This document shows, one piece after another, positions 18,682 through 27,652 of a stretch of 64,000 bases of DNA. The position numbers and the translations under genes are program-made. Below the pieces are notes generated by a model, which saw only the letters and a list, made by a program, of their open reading frames with translations, was not told the origin of the DNA and did no database searches. The stretch comes from Solirubrobacterales bacterium (GTDB lineage: Bacteria; Actinomycetota; Thermoleophilia; Solirubrobacterales; 70-9): positions 16,238-80,237 of the forward strand of contig DATHAL010000041.1 in the NCBI GenBank assembly GCA_035296705.1. The letters are read 5' to 3'. The number at the start of each line of letters is the position of its first letter. Positions within the stretch are counted from its first letter, which is position 1.

Positions 18682-18719
18682 ACCTTGAACGGTATCGCGC
18701 GTAACGGCGCAGATTGCCC

Positions 18720-18749
18720 TTGACATTGCCCGATGCGGGCGGTTATTTT
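18720..18749 (+). promoter_or_regulatory. sigma-70-type promoter candidate for the orphan SBP / C-N hydrolase operon
   Basis: TTGACA (18720-18725), 18-nt spacer, TATTTT (18744-18749), in an unusually AT-rich stretch. Confidence 0.45.
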
Positions 18750-18765
18750 TGAAATCTGATTCAAA
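18748..18765. promoter_or_regulatory. inverted repeat, candidate TetR operator
   Basis: TTTGAAAtctgATTCAAA (6/7 matching arms) overlaps the -10 and the predicted transcription start, between the divergent TetR and SBP genes. Confidence 0.4.
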
Positions 18766-18768
18766 GAA

Positions 18769-19913
18769 ATGACATCAGGGCCGCCCTGGCCGCGGCGATC
18801 GCGATCGTCGCGCTGGCGCTCGCATCGTGCGGTGGCGACGGCGGCGGCCTCGACTCGGGCGGGGAGCAGGAGGCGCAGGCGGTGCCCGCCGGCGAGGTCA
18901 CGGATCAGCTCACGATCTCGCAGTGGCCGCTCTACGTCGACCCCGGCAAGGACGGGACGATCGCGGAGTTCGAGGACGAGACCGGAATCGACGTCTCCTA
19001 CATCGAGGACATCAACGACAACTCCGAGTTCTTCGCGAAGCTCCAGCCGCTTCTCGCCAAGGACGAGTCGGGCGGGCGAAGCGTGATCACCGTCAGCGAC
19101 TGGCTGGCCCGCAAGATGTATGACCTCGGCTACCTCTACGAGCTCGACAAGTCGAAGCTCCCGAACGTCGAGGCGAACCTGATCCCGGCGCTCCGCAACC
19201 CGGCGGCGGATCCCGACCGCGATTTCACGGTCCCGTGGCAGAGCGGCATGACGGGGCTGATCGTCCGCACCGACCTCGCGCCCGGCGTCGACTCCATCTG
19301 CGACCTGTTCGACCCGAAGTACGCGGGGAAGGTCTCGATGCTCACCGAGCTTCGCGATTCGCTGCCGATGACGCTCAAGTGCATGGGCATCGACCCGGAC
19401 ACCGCGACCACCGAGCAGTGGCTCAGCGCCGTCGACAAGATCGGCCAGGCGGCGCAGTCGGGGCAGATCCGCCGCTTCACCGGCAACGACTACATCCGCG
19501 ACCTGGCGAGCGGCAACACCGCGATCGCGCTCGGGTGGTCGGGGGACGCCGTCCAGCTCCAGAAGGACAACCCGAACATCGAGTTCGTGATGCCCGTGGA
19601 GGGCTGCATGCTGTGGTCGACGAGCATGGAGATTCCGGTCGGCGCGCCGGACCCTCAGGCGGCGCTCGAGTTCATGAACTTCGTCTACGATCCGAAGGTG
19701 CAGGCCGACATCGCCGAGTGGGTGAACTACGTGACCCCGGTCTCGGGCGTCAAGGAGATCCTCCAAAAGAGAGACCCGGCGCTGGCCCGCAATCCGCTCA
19801 TCTTCCCCAGCAAGAAGTACACCGAGAACTGCACGTTCGAGCCGGTGCTCGGCGGCGAGCAGGGCGACCAGGTCACGAAGGCGTTCGAGCGCGTCCTGTC
19901 CGGCGCGTCGTGA
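18769..19913 (+). CDS. orphan PotD-like substrate-binding lipoprotein (apparent 1-nt frameshift or missing start in the signal-peptide region)
   Basis: The mature part (ORF track 18882..19913) aligns along its full length with the PotD-like protein at 36878..38017 (shared RRFTGNDY, GWSGDAVQLQ, EGCMLW, NYVTPVSG). The same frame upstream encodes RAALAAAIAIVALALASCGG but has no ATG/GTG/TTG. ATG 18769 is in the +1 frame. Confidence 0.8.
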
Positions 19914-20779
19914 GGTCGCTCTCGATCGCCGCGCTGCAGACGGCGCCGGTGCCGGGGGAGCCGGAGGCGACGCTCGCGCGGCTCGATCGCGAGGCACGGG
20001 CGGCGAGCCGGACGGCCGAGCACGCGCAGCTCCTCGTCCTGCCGGAGCTCCACCTCTCCGCGCTCCCAGGGCAGTTCGACGACCACGCCGACCACGCGGC
20101 CCGCGTCGCGGTCGAGATCCCGGGCCCGCTCACCGCGCGCCTCGAGGCGCTCGCAGCCGAGACCGGGCTCTGGCTCGTCCCGGGCTCGGTCTACGAGCGC
20201 GGCGACGACGGCCGCGTCTACAACACCGCGGTCGCGATCTCGCCGGACGACGGGCTGGTCGCGGCATACCGCAAGGCGTTCCCGTGGGAGCCCCACGAGC
20301 GCAGCGCCCCGGGCCACCGCTTCCAGGTCTTCGAGATCCCCGGCATCGGCCGGGCCGGCCTCGCGATCTGCTACGACGGCTTCTTCCCGGAGAGCTTCCG
20401 CCAGCTCGCGTGGCTGGGGGCCGAGGTCGTCATCCACCCCACGCTCACCACGACGAGCGACCGCTCGGCGGAGCTGATCACCGCGCGAGCGAACGCGATC
20501 TTCAACCAGCTCTTCGTCGTCAACCTGAACGCCGCGAGCCCGGCCGGCCTCGGCCGCAGCCTGATCGTCGATCCGGAGGGGCTCGTGCGCGCGGAGGCCG
20601 GCGCCGGCGAGGAGCTCGTCACCGACGTCATCGACCTCGATGCGGTGGCGCGCGTGCGGCGCTTCGGGACCGCGGGAGTCTCGCGGATGTGGGAGCAGCT
20701 CGATCGCGGCGCCGCGGCGGAGCTCGAGCTGCCGATGTACGAACGGGGGCGGATCCAGCCCCGGCCGGACCGCGCCTAG
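19910..20779 (+). CDS. carbon-nitrogen hydrolase (nitrilase-superfamily amidase)
   Basis: GTG 19910 overlaps the SBP stop (GTGA). Glu-Lys-Cys triad contexts LLVLPEL, YRKAFPW, AICYDGFFPE. Confidence 0.87.
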   Translation: MRSLSIAALQTAPVPGEPEATLARLDREARAASRTAEHAQLLVLPELHLSALPGQFDDHADHAARVAVEIPGPLTARLEALAAETGLWLVPGSVYERGDDGRVYNTAVAISPDDGLVAAYRKAFPWEPHERSAPGHRFQVFEIPGIGRAGLAICYDGFFPESFRQLAWLGAEVVIHPTLTTTSDRSAELITARANAIFNQLFVVNLNAASPAGLGRSLIVDPEGLVRAEAGAGEELVTDVIDLDAVARVRRFGTAGVSRMWEQLDRGAAAELELPMYERGRIQPRPDRA

Positions 20780-20828
20780 GTCAGGCCCCGCTCATACACG
20801 TCCTCCGCCGCCGGCCCCGCCCGCGGGA

Positions 20829-21431
20829 CTACGCGGCCAGCGCGGCGGCGCGGACGCCCAACTCCGACGCGAGCTCCGCGGCGACCAGCTCGCGCGCTCG
20901 CTCGAGGTCCATCGCCGGATCGCGGATCAGGGCGCGCAGCCCCGCGCCGTCCAAAAGCGCCATCGCGTGGTCGGCGACGCGCTCGGGGTCGACCGAGTCG
21001 AACTCGCCGCTCTCCACCCCGGTCCGGATCACCGCGGCGAGCCACTCGCGGTAGCGCTCATAGAGCCGAGCCCCAACCGGCCGCAGGGTCGGATCCCGCA
21101 CGGCACGGAGCCAGAGCTCCACCCAGAGCACCCACTCGCGCTCCTGCCTTCCGGGCAGCGGCAGGCACTCGCGGATCGCCCGTGCGAGGCGCTCCGTCGC
21201 GTTCGCGGCCTGGGGCTCGTCGCCGAAGCGCTCCTCCCCGGTCGCCTCGAAGGAGTGGATGAGCGCCTGCTCGAGGAGTTCCTCGCGGGTCGAGAAGTAG
21301 TGGTGGACCAGCGCGGTCGAGACGCCGGCGCGGTTCGCGACGCGAGCGATCCGAACGTCGTCGATCCCATCGCTCGCGATCAGGTCGCACGCCGCCTCGA
21401 GGATCCGCTCCCGCGTGTCCGCCGCCGCCAC
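20829..21431 (-). CDS. TetR-family transcriptional regulator
   Basis: 200-aa ORF. RERILEAACDLIASDGIDDVRIARVANRAGVSTALVHHYFSTREELL. Confidence 0.9.
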   Translation of the reverse strand: MAAADTRERILEAACDLIASDGIDDVRIARVANRAGVSTALVHHYFSTREELLEQALIHSFEATGEERFGDEPQAANATERLARAIRECLPLPGRQEREWVLWVELWLRAVRDPTLRPVGARLYERYREWLAAVIRTGVESGEFDSVDPERVADHAMALLDGAGLRALIRDPAMDLERARELVAAELASELGVRAAALAA

Positions 21432-21473
21432 GGTTCGAGCCTATCCCGGCGCTCGGCCGCCGCCGGCCTTCGC

Positions 21474-23087
21474 TCAGGCCGACGCCGCGACCGCGAGCCC
21501 TGCCCCCTGGTCGGCGAGGACCGCGGCCGCCGCGTTACGCCCGTTGAGAGCGATCACGCTTCCGGCGGGATGGGTGGCGGCGCCGCAGAGGTAGAGGCCG
21601 GTGACCGGTGTGCGGGCGGCGAGCCGCCCCTCCCACATCTGGTCGGGCGTCACCTCGCCCTGGAAGATGTTCCCGCCGGTGAGCCCGATCCGCGACTCGA
21701 TGTCGGGCGGACCGAGCACCTCGTGGTCGATCAGGCAGTGCTCGAAGTCCGGGGCGAAGCGCGAGATCAGGTCGATGAACTGCCGCGCGACGCCGTCGCG
21801 TGCAGCGTCCCAATCCGAGCCCGCGATGTCATATGGCGCGTACTGGCCGAACACGCTCATCAGATGCCGCCCCTCGGGCGCAGGGCTCGGGTCGTGACCG
21901 GTCTGGATGTAGATCTCGCCGAACGCGACCGCCGGCTCACCGCGCTCGCAGGCGTCGAACGCCGCCTGGGCCTCGGCCATCGTCCCCGTCGCGTCGATCG
22001 TCGCCCGCGCCGGCCACGCCTCGCCGGGCGCCGCCGTCCAGGTCGGCAGGCGCTCGAGCGCCGCGTTGAACTTGACCACGGGGCTGCGCACCTTCCAGGC
22101 CTCGAGCCGGTCGCGAAACGCCGCATCGACCTCGGCGCCGTCGAGCATCGCGAGCAGCCGCTTCGGGTCCGCGTTGCAGATCACGGTGGAGGCCCGAAGC
22201 GCCGTCCCGTCCTCGAGCACGACGCCCTCGTCCGGGACGATGCGGGCCACCGGCACGCCGCAGGCGAGCGTCGCGCCGGCCTCGGCGGCGGCGTCCGCGA
22301 TCGCGAACGAGCACATGCCCATTCCGCCCTCGACATAGCCCCACACGGGCCCCTGGCCGTCGAGGTCGCCCTGGTAGTGCATGAGCTTGATCGAGGCGGT
22401 GCCCTTCTCGTACGGCCCGCCCCAGGTGCCGATGATCCCCTGGCCGAAGAGGGCCGTCTTCAGCCGCTCGTCCGTGAGGTGTGCGTCCAGTACCTCCGCG
22501 ATCGAGGCCTCGAAGACGAGGTCGATCATCTCCTCCGAGCCGAGCAGCTCCTCGATCTCCGGGCGGGTCGGCGCGTCTCCGACCCAAGTGTCGCGCTCCC
22601 CTTTGCGCAGCCGCCTGCGGGCCTCGTCGAAGAGCTCCTCGTAGGCCCAGTAGCCCGCGACATCTCTGTCGGAGACGCCGAGCTCCCGCAGGTTGGCCTC
22701 GGTCCTGGCGTCGTCCAGCCACTGCCCGAACGCGGTCCCGTCCTCGAACGGGACCCAGAGGTTCGGGTCGGCGACCCAGTAGCGCAACCCACGCGAGCGC
22801 AGGTCGAGCTCGGAGATCACGAGCTCGTCGAGGAGGCCGACGACGTAGGCGCAGGGACTGACGACGTAGCGTTCGTCGGCGAACGGGCGCTCGAGCGTCG
22901 CGGCGCCGCCGAGCCGCTCGCGCCGCTCGAGCACGAGGACCGAGCGTCCGGCACGCGCCAGATAGGCCGCGGCGGTGAGGCCATTGTGGCCGCCGCCGAC
23001 GATGATCGCGTCCCAGTCGCGCGCCGCGAGCTCTGCGACCGGCGCCGGCAACCCGGCCTCGCCGAGCTGCCGCGCGATGTCGTTCAC
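21474..23087 (-). CDS. FAD-dependent oxidoreductase, PYROXD2-like / phytoene-desaturase superfamily (copy 1)
   Basis: 537-aa ORF. DWDAIIVGGGHNGLTAAAYLARAGRSVLVLERRERLGGAA dinucleotide-binding motif. C-terminal GLYLCGAATHPAGSV. Start overlaps the Rieske gene stop by 4 nt. Confidence 0.88.
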   Translation of the reverse strand: MNDIARQLGEAGLPAPVAELAARDWDAIIVGGGHNGLTAAAYLARAGRSVLVLERRERLGGAATLERPFADERYVVSPCAYVVGLLDELVISELDLRSRGLRYWVADPNLWVPFEDGTAFGQWLDDARTEANLRELGVSDRDVAGYWAYEELFDEARRRLRKGERDTWVGDAPTRPEIEELLGSEEMIDLVFEASIAEVLDAHLTDERLKTALFGQGIIGTWGGPYEKGTASIKLMHYQGDLDGQGPVWGYVEGGMGMCSFAIADAAAEAGATLACGVPVARIVPDEGVVLEDGTALRASTVICNADPKRLLAMLDGAEVDAAFRDRLEAWKVRSPVVKFNAALERLPTWTAAPGEAWPARATIDATGTMAEAQAAFDACERGEPAVAFGEIYIQTGHDPSPAPEGRHLMSVFGQYAPYDIAGSDWDAARDGVARQFIDLISRFAPDFEHCLIDHEVLGPPDIESRIGLTGGNIFQGEVTPDQMWEGRLAARTPVTGLYLCGAATHPAGSVIALNGRNAAAAVLADQGAGLAVAASA

Positions 23088-24277
23088 GCCGGGACCTCGC
23101 TGCCCGCCCGCAGCGCCTCCATGTAGCGGTCGGCGACCATCACGTCGAAGGCGTGGACGTCCACCTCCTCCGCCGAGTACCGGCCGGCCGTGTAGCCGCG
23201 CGTCGCGACTCCCTTCTGCGCCAGCTCACAGACGCGCCAGTCCTGGCGGTTCACCGTGTCCCAGAACCGGACGGCATCGGAGGGATCGAAGTCCGACCGC
23301 GCGATCGTCGCCGGTTCGAAGAACCACTCACAGACCACCTCGGTGCGCCCAGCGGCCCGCGGCCACAGGGTGTGGAGCATCAGATAGTCGGGATGAAGCG
23401 AGACGAGCGCGTTCGGAAAGAGCGCGAAGTAGAGCACCGTCTCGAGGTCGCGGCCCTCGAGCCCCTCGATCGGCGGTCTCCCGGCGGCGGCGCCGTCGCC
23501 GTTCACCGCCATCGTCCGCGTCCCGTCCCTGAGCGTCATCGAGCCGCCGCACCACTCCCCCTCGCCGACGACCGCGTCGCCGCTCATGTAGTCGCTGAGC
23601 GCCTGCAGCTCCGGGTGCACGCCGGGGCAGTGCAGGCACTCGTTGTAGTTCTCGGCGATCCCCTTCCAATTCGCGGCCACGTCGTAGGTGACCGCGTCCG
23701 CGCGCTCCAGGGTCTCGACCCGGTAGCGACGCAGGTGAGAGAGCAGGTCGCCCACGTGCTCGTCGGGCTCCGGCGCCGCGCCCGAGAGGTCGATCAGGAC
23801 GAGCCCGCCGACCACGGCCAGGCGGACCTCGATCAGCCCCCAGCAGGAGAACTCGAAGTCCTCGACGCCGTCCATGTGCGGCGCCGCGCGAAGCTCGCCG
23901 TCGAGCCCGTATGACCACGCGTGATACGGGCAGCGAAGCCGCCGCCGCACCTGGCCCTCGGCCTCGTTGACGATGCGCGCGCCGCGGTGGCGGCATACGT
24001 TGAGGAAGGCCTGCGGCCGCCCGTCCTCCCCGGCGATGACCAGGACGCTGTCCGGCCCGAGCTCGCGGGTGAAGAACTTGCCGGGGGCGTCGACCGCCGA
24101 GACGTGACCCGCGCAGACCCAGCCGGTGAACAGGTTCTCGAGGTCCCAGGCGAAGACGCCCGGATCGCTGAATGCCCGCGGCGGAAGCATCGTCGCGCGC
24201 TCGAGCGGCTTTCGCGTCAGCGCGATGTCTCGGGGGTCGAGCTCGAGGCTGGCGGTCGAGGGCGGATCGGTGCGCAA
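23084..24277 (-). CDS. Rieske [2Fe-2S] non-haem-iron oxygenase, alpha-type subunit (choline monooxygenase/GbcA/CntA-like branch)
   Basis: 397-aa ORF. Rieske motif CRHRGARIV...CPYHAWSY. Mononuclear-iron region ENYNECLHCPGVHPE. Confidence 0.9.
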   Translation of the reverse strand: MRTDPPSTASLELDPRDIALTRKPLERATMLPPRAFSDPGVFAWDLENLFTGWVCAGHVSAVDAPGKFFTRELGPDSVLVIAGEDGRPQAFLNVCRHRGARIVNEAEGQVRRRLRCPYHAWSYGLDGELRAAPHMDGVEDFEFSCWGLIEVRLAVVGGLVLIDLSGAAPEPDEHVGDLLSHLRRYRVETLERADAVTYDVAANWKGIAENYNECLHCPGVHPELQALSDYMSGDAVVGEGEWCGGSMTLRDGTRTMAVNGDGAAAGRPPIEGLEGRDLETVLYFALFPNALVSLHPDYLMLHTLWPRAAGRTEVVCEWFFEPATIARSDFDPSDAVRFWDTVNRQDWRVCELAQKGVATRGYTAGRYSAEEVDVHAFDVMVADRYMEALRAGSEVPA

Positions 24278-24339
24278 GGGTCTGGCCTCCTCAATCGGTT
24301 TTGTGCGCCCGCGCGCGCCGCACTGCGCCTCGGGCTTGT

Positions 24340-24357
24340 GTTGACCTTGTAGTCAAC
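24340..24357. promoter_or_regulatory. palindromic operator candidate, copy 1 (GTTGAC-CTTGTA-GTCAAC)
   Basis: Perfect 6-bp arms in the divergent intergenic region between the Rieske gene and the acyl-CoA dehydrogenase gene. The 19-mer TTGACCTTGTAGTCAACCG recurs identically at 27649-27667. Confidence 0.55.
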
Positions 24358-24360
24358 CGC

Positions 24361-25587
24361 ATGATACGCTGCGCCGAGATGGAGGTCAAGGCGGCTCCTG
24401 CCCGCGAGGCCGTGGCGCCGCGCGCCGACGCGGGTCCGCGCGCGCTTGAGATTCAGGCGCGCGCCCGTCGCTTCGCGGAGGACGTCCTGATGCCGCTCGA
24501 GCAGGAGGCCGAGCGCCGCGGCGGCCGCCTCCAGCGGGAGACGATCGAGACCGTGAGGCGCGAGGCGACCGCGGCGGGCCTTGCCGGTGGGCTGCACGCA
24601 GCCGAGCACGGCGGCCAGGGATGGACGCGGCTTCAGTGGGTGCTGGTCGAGGAGCAGTACGGGCGGACGACGAATGCGATCCACTGGCACGTCCCGAACG
24701 CCTACAACGTCTGGGCGCACGCGTCCGACGCGCAGGTCGACCGCTATCTGCGCCCGGCCCTGCGCGGCGAGCTCAAGGACGCATACGCGGTCACCGAGCG
24801 CGACGCCGGCTCCGACCCGTCGCGGATCGCCGCCACCGCGGAGCGCACCGAGGCCGGCTTCCGGCTCAACGCCGAGAAGTGGTTCGTCACCTCCGGCGAC
24901 CACGCCGAAGTGATCGTGGTGATGGCGAACCTCATCGAGGACGGCGAGCGGCTGCCGACCCTGTTCGTCGTCGACCGCTCCCGCGACGGGATCGAGGTGG
25001 TCGAGGACCCGGACTTCACGCACAGCTACCCCGACGGCCATCCGACGATCCGGTTCAGCGACGTCGAGCTCGGCCCGGAGGACGTGATCGGTGAGATCGG
25101 CGGCGGCGAGGAGCTCCAGCGCTCGTGGTTCACCGAGGAGCGGCTCGCGATCGCGGCCCGCTGCTGCGGCGCGATGTGGCGTCTGCTCGACGAGACGGTG
25201 ACCTGGGCGACCAGCCGCGAGCAGGGCGGCGCGCGGGTGTACGACCACCAGGGCGTCTCGTTTCCGCTCGCCGATTCGGCGGCCGACGCCGCGGCCGGGC
25301 GCGTGATGACGCTCGCCGTCGCCGAGCTCGCCGACGCCGGCGCCGACCCGAAGCTCGTCCACCACAAGGCGTCGATGGCAAAGCTGTTCATGAGCGAGGC
25401 GGCCTGGCGCTGCGCCGATCGCTGCGTGCAGGCGTTCGGCGGGCGCGGATACCTGCGCTCGAACGTCGCCGAGCGACTTCTTCGCGAGCTCCGCGTCGAC
25501 CGGATCTGGGAGGGGACCAGCGAGATCCAGCGGCTGATCGTCGCCCGCGGCCTCGAGAGCCGCGGCGTCGAGGCGATCCTGCACTGA
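24361..25587 (+). CDS. acyl-CoA dehydrogenase family protein
   Basis: ATG at 24361 (or 24379) inside the shadow-extended ORF 24172..25587. ACAD-like throughout (DAYAVTERDAGSDPS, ...IWEGTSEIQRLIVARGL). Confidence 0.9.
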   Translation: MIRCAEMEVKAAPAREAVAPRADAGPRALEIQARARRFAEDVLMPLEQEAERRGGRLQRETIETVRREATAAGLAGGLHAAEHGGQGWTRLQWVLVEEQYGRTTNAIHWHVPNAYNVWAHASDAQVDRYLRPALRGELKDAYAVTERDAGSDPSRIAATAERTEAGFRLNAEKWFVTSGDHAEVIVVMANLIEDGERLPTLFVVDRSRDGIEVVEDPDFTHSYPDGHPTIRFSDVELGPEDVIGEIGGGEELQRSWFTEERLAIAARCCGAMWRLLDETVTWATSREQGGARVYDHQGVSFPLADSAADAAAGRVMTLAVAELADAGADPKLVHHKASMAKLFMSEAAWRCADRCVQAFGGRGYLRSNVAERLLRELRVDRIWEGTSEIQRLIVARGLESRGVEAILH

Positions 25588-25591
25588 CGCC

Positions 25592-27652
25592 TTGGACCTG
25601 ACGCCCCTGCTCGCGCCGCGGTCGATCGCCGTCGTCGGCGCCACCGACCGCCCGGGCTCCTACGGCGGTAACGTCCTCCGCAACCTCGAGCGGGCCCGCT
25701 TCGAGGGCGAGGTCTGGGGTGTGAACCCAAACCGCGACGAGGCGCTCGGCCGGCGCTGCGTGGCCGAGATCTCCGAGCTGCCGAGTCCGGTCGACGCGCT
25801 CGTCGTCGCAATCCCCGCCCCCGGCGTACCGGCGGCCATCCGCGCCGCCGCCGAGCGGGGCTGCGGGGGCGCGATCGTGCTCTCGGCCGGGTTCGCCGAG
25901 ATCGAGTCGGGGCGCCAGCTCGAGGCCGAGCTGCGCGAGGTCGCGCTCGCGAGCGAGCTGCCCGTGTGTGGGCCGAACGGCAACGGGATCGTCTCGGTCG
26001 CCGCGGGCGCCGCGATCTGGGGCGACGGGCTCGGGCCGCTTGCGGCCGGACCCGTCGCGATGGTCACCCAGAGCGGCAATGCGGGCGTCAACGCGCTCGG
26101 CTCGCGGCGCGCGATCGGGTGGCACACCGTCGTCTCGACGGGGAACCAGGCGGTCTGCGACGCGAGCGACTGGCTCGCAGCGCTCGCGGAGCGCGAGGGG
26201 GTGCGCTCGGTGGCGCTCTTCCTCGAGTCCGATGGTGACGGGGCGAAGCTCGCGGAGGCGCTCGCCGCCTGCGCCGAGCGAGGGATCGGCGTCGCGGTGC
26301 TCAAGGTCGGGATCTCGGCGGCCGGAGCCCACGCCGCCGCCGCGCACACCGGCGCGGTTGCCGGCGACCAGCGCGTGTTCCGCGCCCTGGTCGAGGAGGC
26401 GGGCGCCGCCTGGGCCGAGGACTTCCACGACCTGCTCGAGCTGGCAAAGGCGCTGGCCGAGCCACGGGCGCGGCCGAGCGGCCCGGGAGGCCTCGCGGTG
26501 CTCACCTGCTCGGGAGGCGACTCCGGCGTCGCCGGGGACCGGGCGGCGGAGCTCGGCCTGCCGTTGCCCGAGCTCGGCTCCACGACGCGCGCGCGGCTCG
26601 CCGAGCTGCTCCCCGAAGCGGCGACGATCGCGAACCCGCTCGACTACACGGCGATGATCTGGGGCGACGCCGAGCTCCTGAGCGAGATCGTCGCCACGGT
26701 CGGCGACGACGAGGCGGTCGACCAGCTCCTGCTCCTGTACGACCACCCGGCCGACGCGGACGCCTCCTGGGACGGAGTTCGCGCCGGGCTCGTCGCGGGC
26801 GCCGAGCGGACCGGGGCCGCCGCGCTCGTCGCCTCGACGCTCCCGGACCTGCTCGATGAGCGCGCGGCGCGCGAGCTCTCCGCCCGGGGCCTGCCGGCAA
26901 TCGCGGGACTTCGCACCGCGCTCGTCTGCGCGCGGGCGCTGCGCTCGGCGGTCGGCGATCCGGGCCGACTGCGCGCGATCGCCGCCGCAGCGCGGAGCCG
27001 GGCCGCCGGAGGCGACGGCGGCGAGTGGCTCGGCGAGGGGCCAGCGAAGGAGCTCCTCCGCGCGGCGGGGATCGCTGTGGCGGCCGGTACGCAGGTCGAG
27101 GACCTCGAGGCCTGCACGAGGCTCGCCCACGAGCTCGGCTGGCCGGTCGCCCTGAAGCTGAGCGGCCCCGACATCACCCATAAGAGCGACGTCGGCGGGC
27201 TCGTGCTCGGGATCGCCGACGAGCGCGAGCTGAGGCTCGCCTATGAGCGGCTTCGCTCCGGCCCGGCGGGAGCCGGCGCGGCGATCCTGGTCGAGGAGAT
27301 GGTCGCCTCGCAAGCCGAGCTGCTCGTCGCGGCGCGCGGCGACGCGGTCGTCCCCGCGCTCGTCGTCGGCCTCGGGGGCGTCTGGACCGAGGCGCTGGCG
27401 GACGTCGCCGTGATCCCCCTCCCCGCCTCGCCGGCGCGAGTGGAGGCGGGGTTGCGCTCGCTCCGCGGCGCCGCCGTGATCGCCGGCGGGCTCGCCGACG
27501 GTCCCCTCGCGCTTGGGGCCGCGGCCGAGCTCGCCTCGCGGCTAGGCGAGCTCTTGATCGGCGAGCAGCTCGAGCTGATCGAGCTCAACCCGGTCGCGCT
27601 CACCACCGAAGGCGCGGTGGCGCTTGACGCGGTCGCTCGGAGCGCGGCTTGA
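25592..27652 (+). CDS. ADP-forming (NDP-forming) acyl-CoA synthetase family protein (CoA-binding + succinyl-CoA-ligase-like + ATP-grasp domains)
   Basis: 686-aa ORF, TTG start. N-terminal SIAVVGATDRPGSYGGNVLRNL CoA-binding fold. C-terminal ATP-grasp part (GWPVALKLSGPDITHKSDVGGLVLGI). Confidence 0.88.
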   Translation: MDLTPLLAPRSIAVVGATDRPGSYGGNVLRNLERARFEGEVWGVNPNRDEALGRRCVAEISELPSPVDALVVAIPAPGVPAAIRAAAERGCGGAIVLSAGFAEIESGRQLEAELREVALASELPVCGPNGNGIVSVAAGAAIWGDGLGPLAAGPVAMVTQSGNAGVNALGSRRAIGWHTVVSTGNQAVCDASDWLAALAEREGVRSVALFLESDGDGAKLAEALAACAERGIGVAVLKVGISAAGAHAAAAHTGAVAGDQRVFRALVEEAGAAWAEDFHDLLELAKALAEPRARPSGPGGLAVLTCSGGDSGVAGDRAAELGLPLPELGSTTRARLAELLPEAATIANPLDYTAMIWGDAELLSEIVATVGDDEAVDQLLLLYDHPADADASWDGVRAGLVAGAERTGAAALVASTLPDLLDERAARELSARGLPAIAGLRTALVCARALRSAVGDPGRLRAIAAAARSRAAGGDGGEWLGEGPAKELLRAAGIAVAAGTQVEDLEACTRLAHELGWPVALKLSGPDITHKSDVGGLVLGIADERELRLAYERLRSGPAGAGAAILVEEMVASQAELLVAARGDAVVPALVVGLGGVWTEALADVAVIPLPASPARVEAGLRSLRGAAVIAGGLADGPLALGAAAELASRLGELLIGEQLELIELNPVALTTEGAVALDAVARSAA

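Noticed and set aside
21432-21473. tRNA fragment suggested by GGTTCGAGCC (T-arm-like) between the TetR gene and the flavoprotein gene.
   Set aside because: The spacer is only 42 nt, and no acceptor or anticodon stems can be drawn. This is a chance match.
24341-24359. Reading the duplicated palindrome as a conserved peptide (DLVVNR) shared by the ACAD and the second flavoprotein.
   Set aside because: The identity is at the DNA level. Upstream of the ACAD the frame is an Arg-rich shadow overlapping the Rieske gene start. The peptide coincidence follows trivially from an identical 19-mer in an open frame.
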